Source of the DNA: Mobula hypostoma
Lineage: Eukaryota
Length of the DNA: 64,000 bases
NCBI RefSeq assembly: GCF_963921235.1
Contig: NC_086100.1
Span: 204,540,001-204,604,000, forward strand
Direction of reading: 5' to 3'
The notes beneath the pieces are model-generated. The model searched no databases, was not told the origin of the DNA, and was given only the letters and a program-made list of their open reading frames with translations. Both the position numbers and the translations under genes were made by a program. Of this stretch, positions 63,145 to 64,000 are shown one piece after another; within the stretch, counting starts at the first letter, position 1; every line of letters starts with the position of its first letter.

Positions 63145-64000
63145 ACCTGCCCGCTCTCAATGATATAACTCACGAAGCTGACCGAAGGAACGTGGAACTC
63201 CCATTACAACCATTTCTCCCATTTCTAAATAGTTACTGTTTAGGCCTCTAATCAATACAAAGACGAAGCCGTCCTTCTTTTCTACCAGGGAGGAAAACGG
63301 TCTGATAATTCCCGCCGCGATGGACTCGCTAATGTACTTCTCCATGGCCTCTCTCTCCGGTCCGGATAGGTTAAAATGGCGACTGGTGGGTAGCGAGGCC
63401 CCGGAGAGAAGGTAGATGGCACAATCATATGGGGGGGGGGGGCGCGGAGGCAGGGAAAGGATCCGTTGTTTACTGAATACCTGTGTCATGGTATTCTGTG
63501 GGGACTCGGGGCAAATCGAGGGGTTCTGGGACAGGCGGGGTTGCGGTAGCTTCCCTGGGAGATGGGGCTGATCGCAGACAGTTGGCGTGGCAGGACTGGC
63601 TGCATTCGGCTATCCTCCCGGTAGACCAGTCGATGTGGGGATTATGTTGGGTCAGCCATGGATACGCGAGAACTACCGGGACTTGAGGTGAATGAATGAG
63701 ACTGAATCGTACCTCCTCCCGATGGTTGTCGGATAGGATCAAGGCTAGGGGCGGCGTACAGTGGGTCACCCGAGCCAGCAGTTTTCCGTCCAGGGCCCGG
63801 GCCTCCAGAGGGTTGGTTAGCGGCTCGCGAGGTATTCCAGCCTGGGAGGCTATGTCTTCGTCCAGCAGATTGCCCTCAGCACCAAAGCGGATATGGACAG
63901 GGACTGTCGTTGGTAATTCACGATAGCCGGGATCTGCATCCGAGTCTGGGGGGCTGAAGGGAGTATCTTCCGGCTCACTGGGACCCCCTTTTCACTGGTG
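63145..64000 (-). mobile_element. Ty3/Gypsy (sushi-like) LTR retrotransposon fragment, protease to RT start
   Basis: [54 protein letters not shown]. Confidence 0.88.

Noticed and set aside
63157..63769. Possible domesticated sushi-derived gene (PEG10/RTL1-like)
   Set aside because: Frameshifted and truncated, consistent with an ordinary decayed Gypsy copy

Overview
Vertebrate genomic DNA, most likely a cartilaginous fish such as a ray or shark. This is inferred from the CR1, Penelope and L1 repertoire and the zinc-finger style, not proven. The window is almost entirely nested retroelements: many CR1 LINEs, two L1-clade LINEs, Penelope-like elements, RTE, Rex1-like and R4/Dong-like relics, two isolated LTRs and a sushi-like Gypsy fragment. 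The Penelope-like terminal repeats carry minimal hammerhead ribozyme motifs. A degraded class I endogenous retrovirus (LTR, Ser-tRNA PBS, gag, pro, RNaseH-IN, env start) is stretched over about 18.7 kb by later insertions and lacks its RT core. The only clear host gene is a 15-finger C2H2 zinc-finger ORF (51965-53254) with no effector domain, flanked by dead fingers. It has a probable NRF1-type promoter and non-coding exon at about 44.9 kb and a decayed paralogue at about 43.4-44.25 kb. A second, orphan CpG promoter lies at about 5.7-6.2 kb. Repeat boundaries were read by eye and are approximate unless a TSD is cited.
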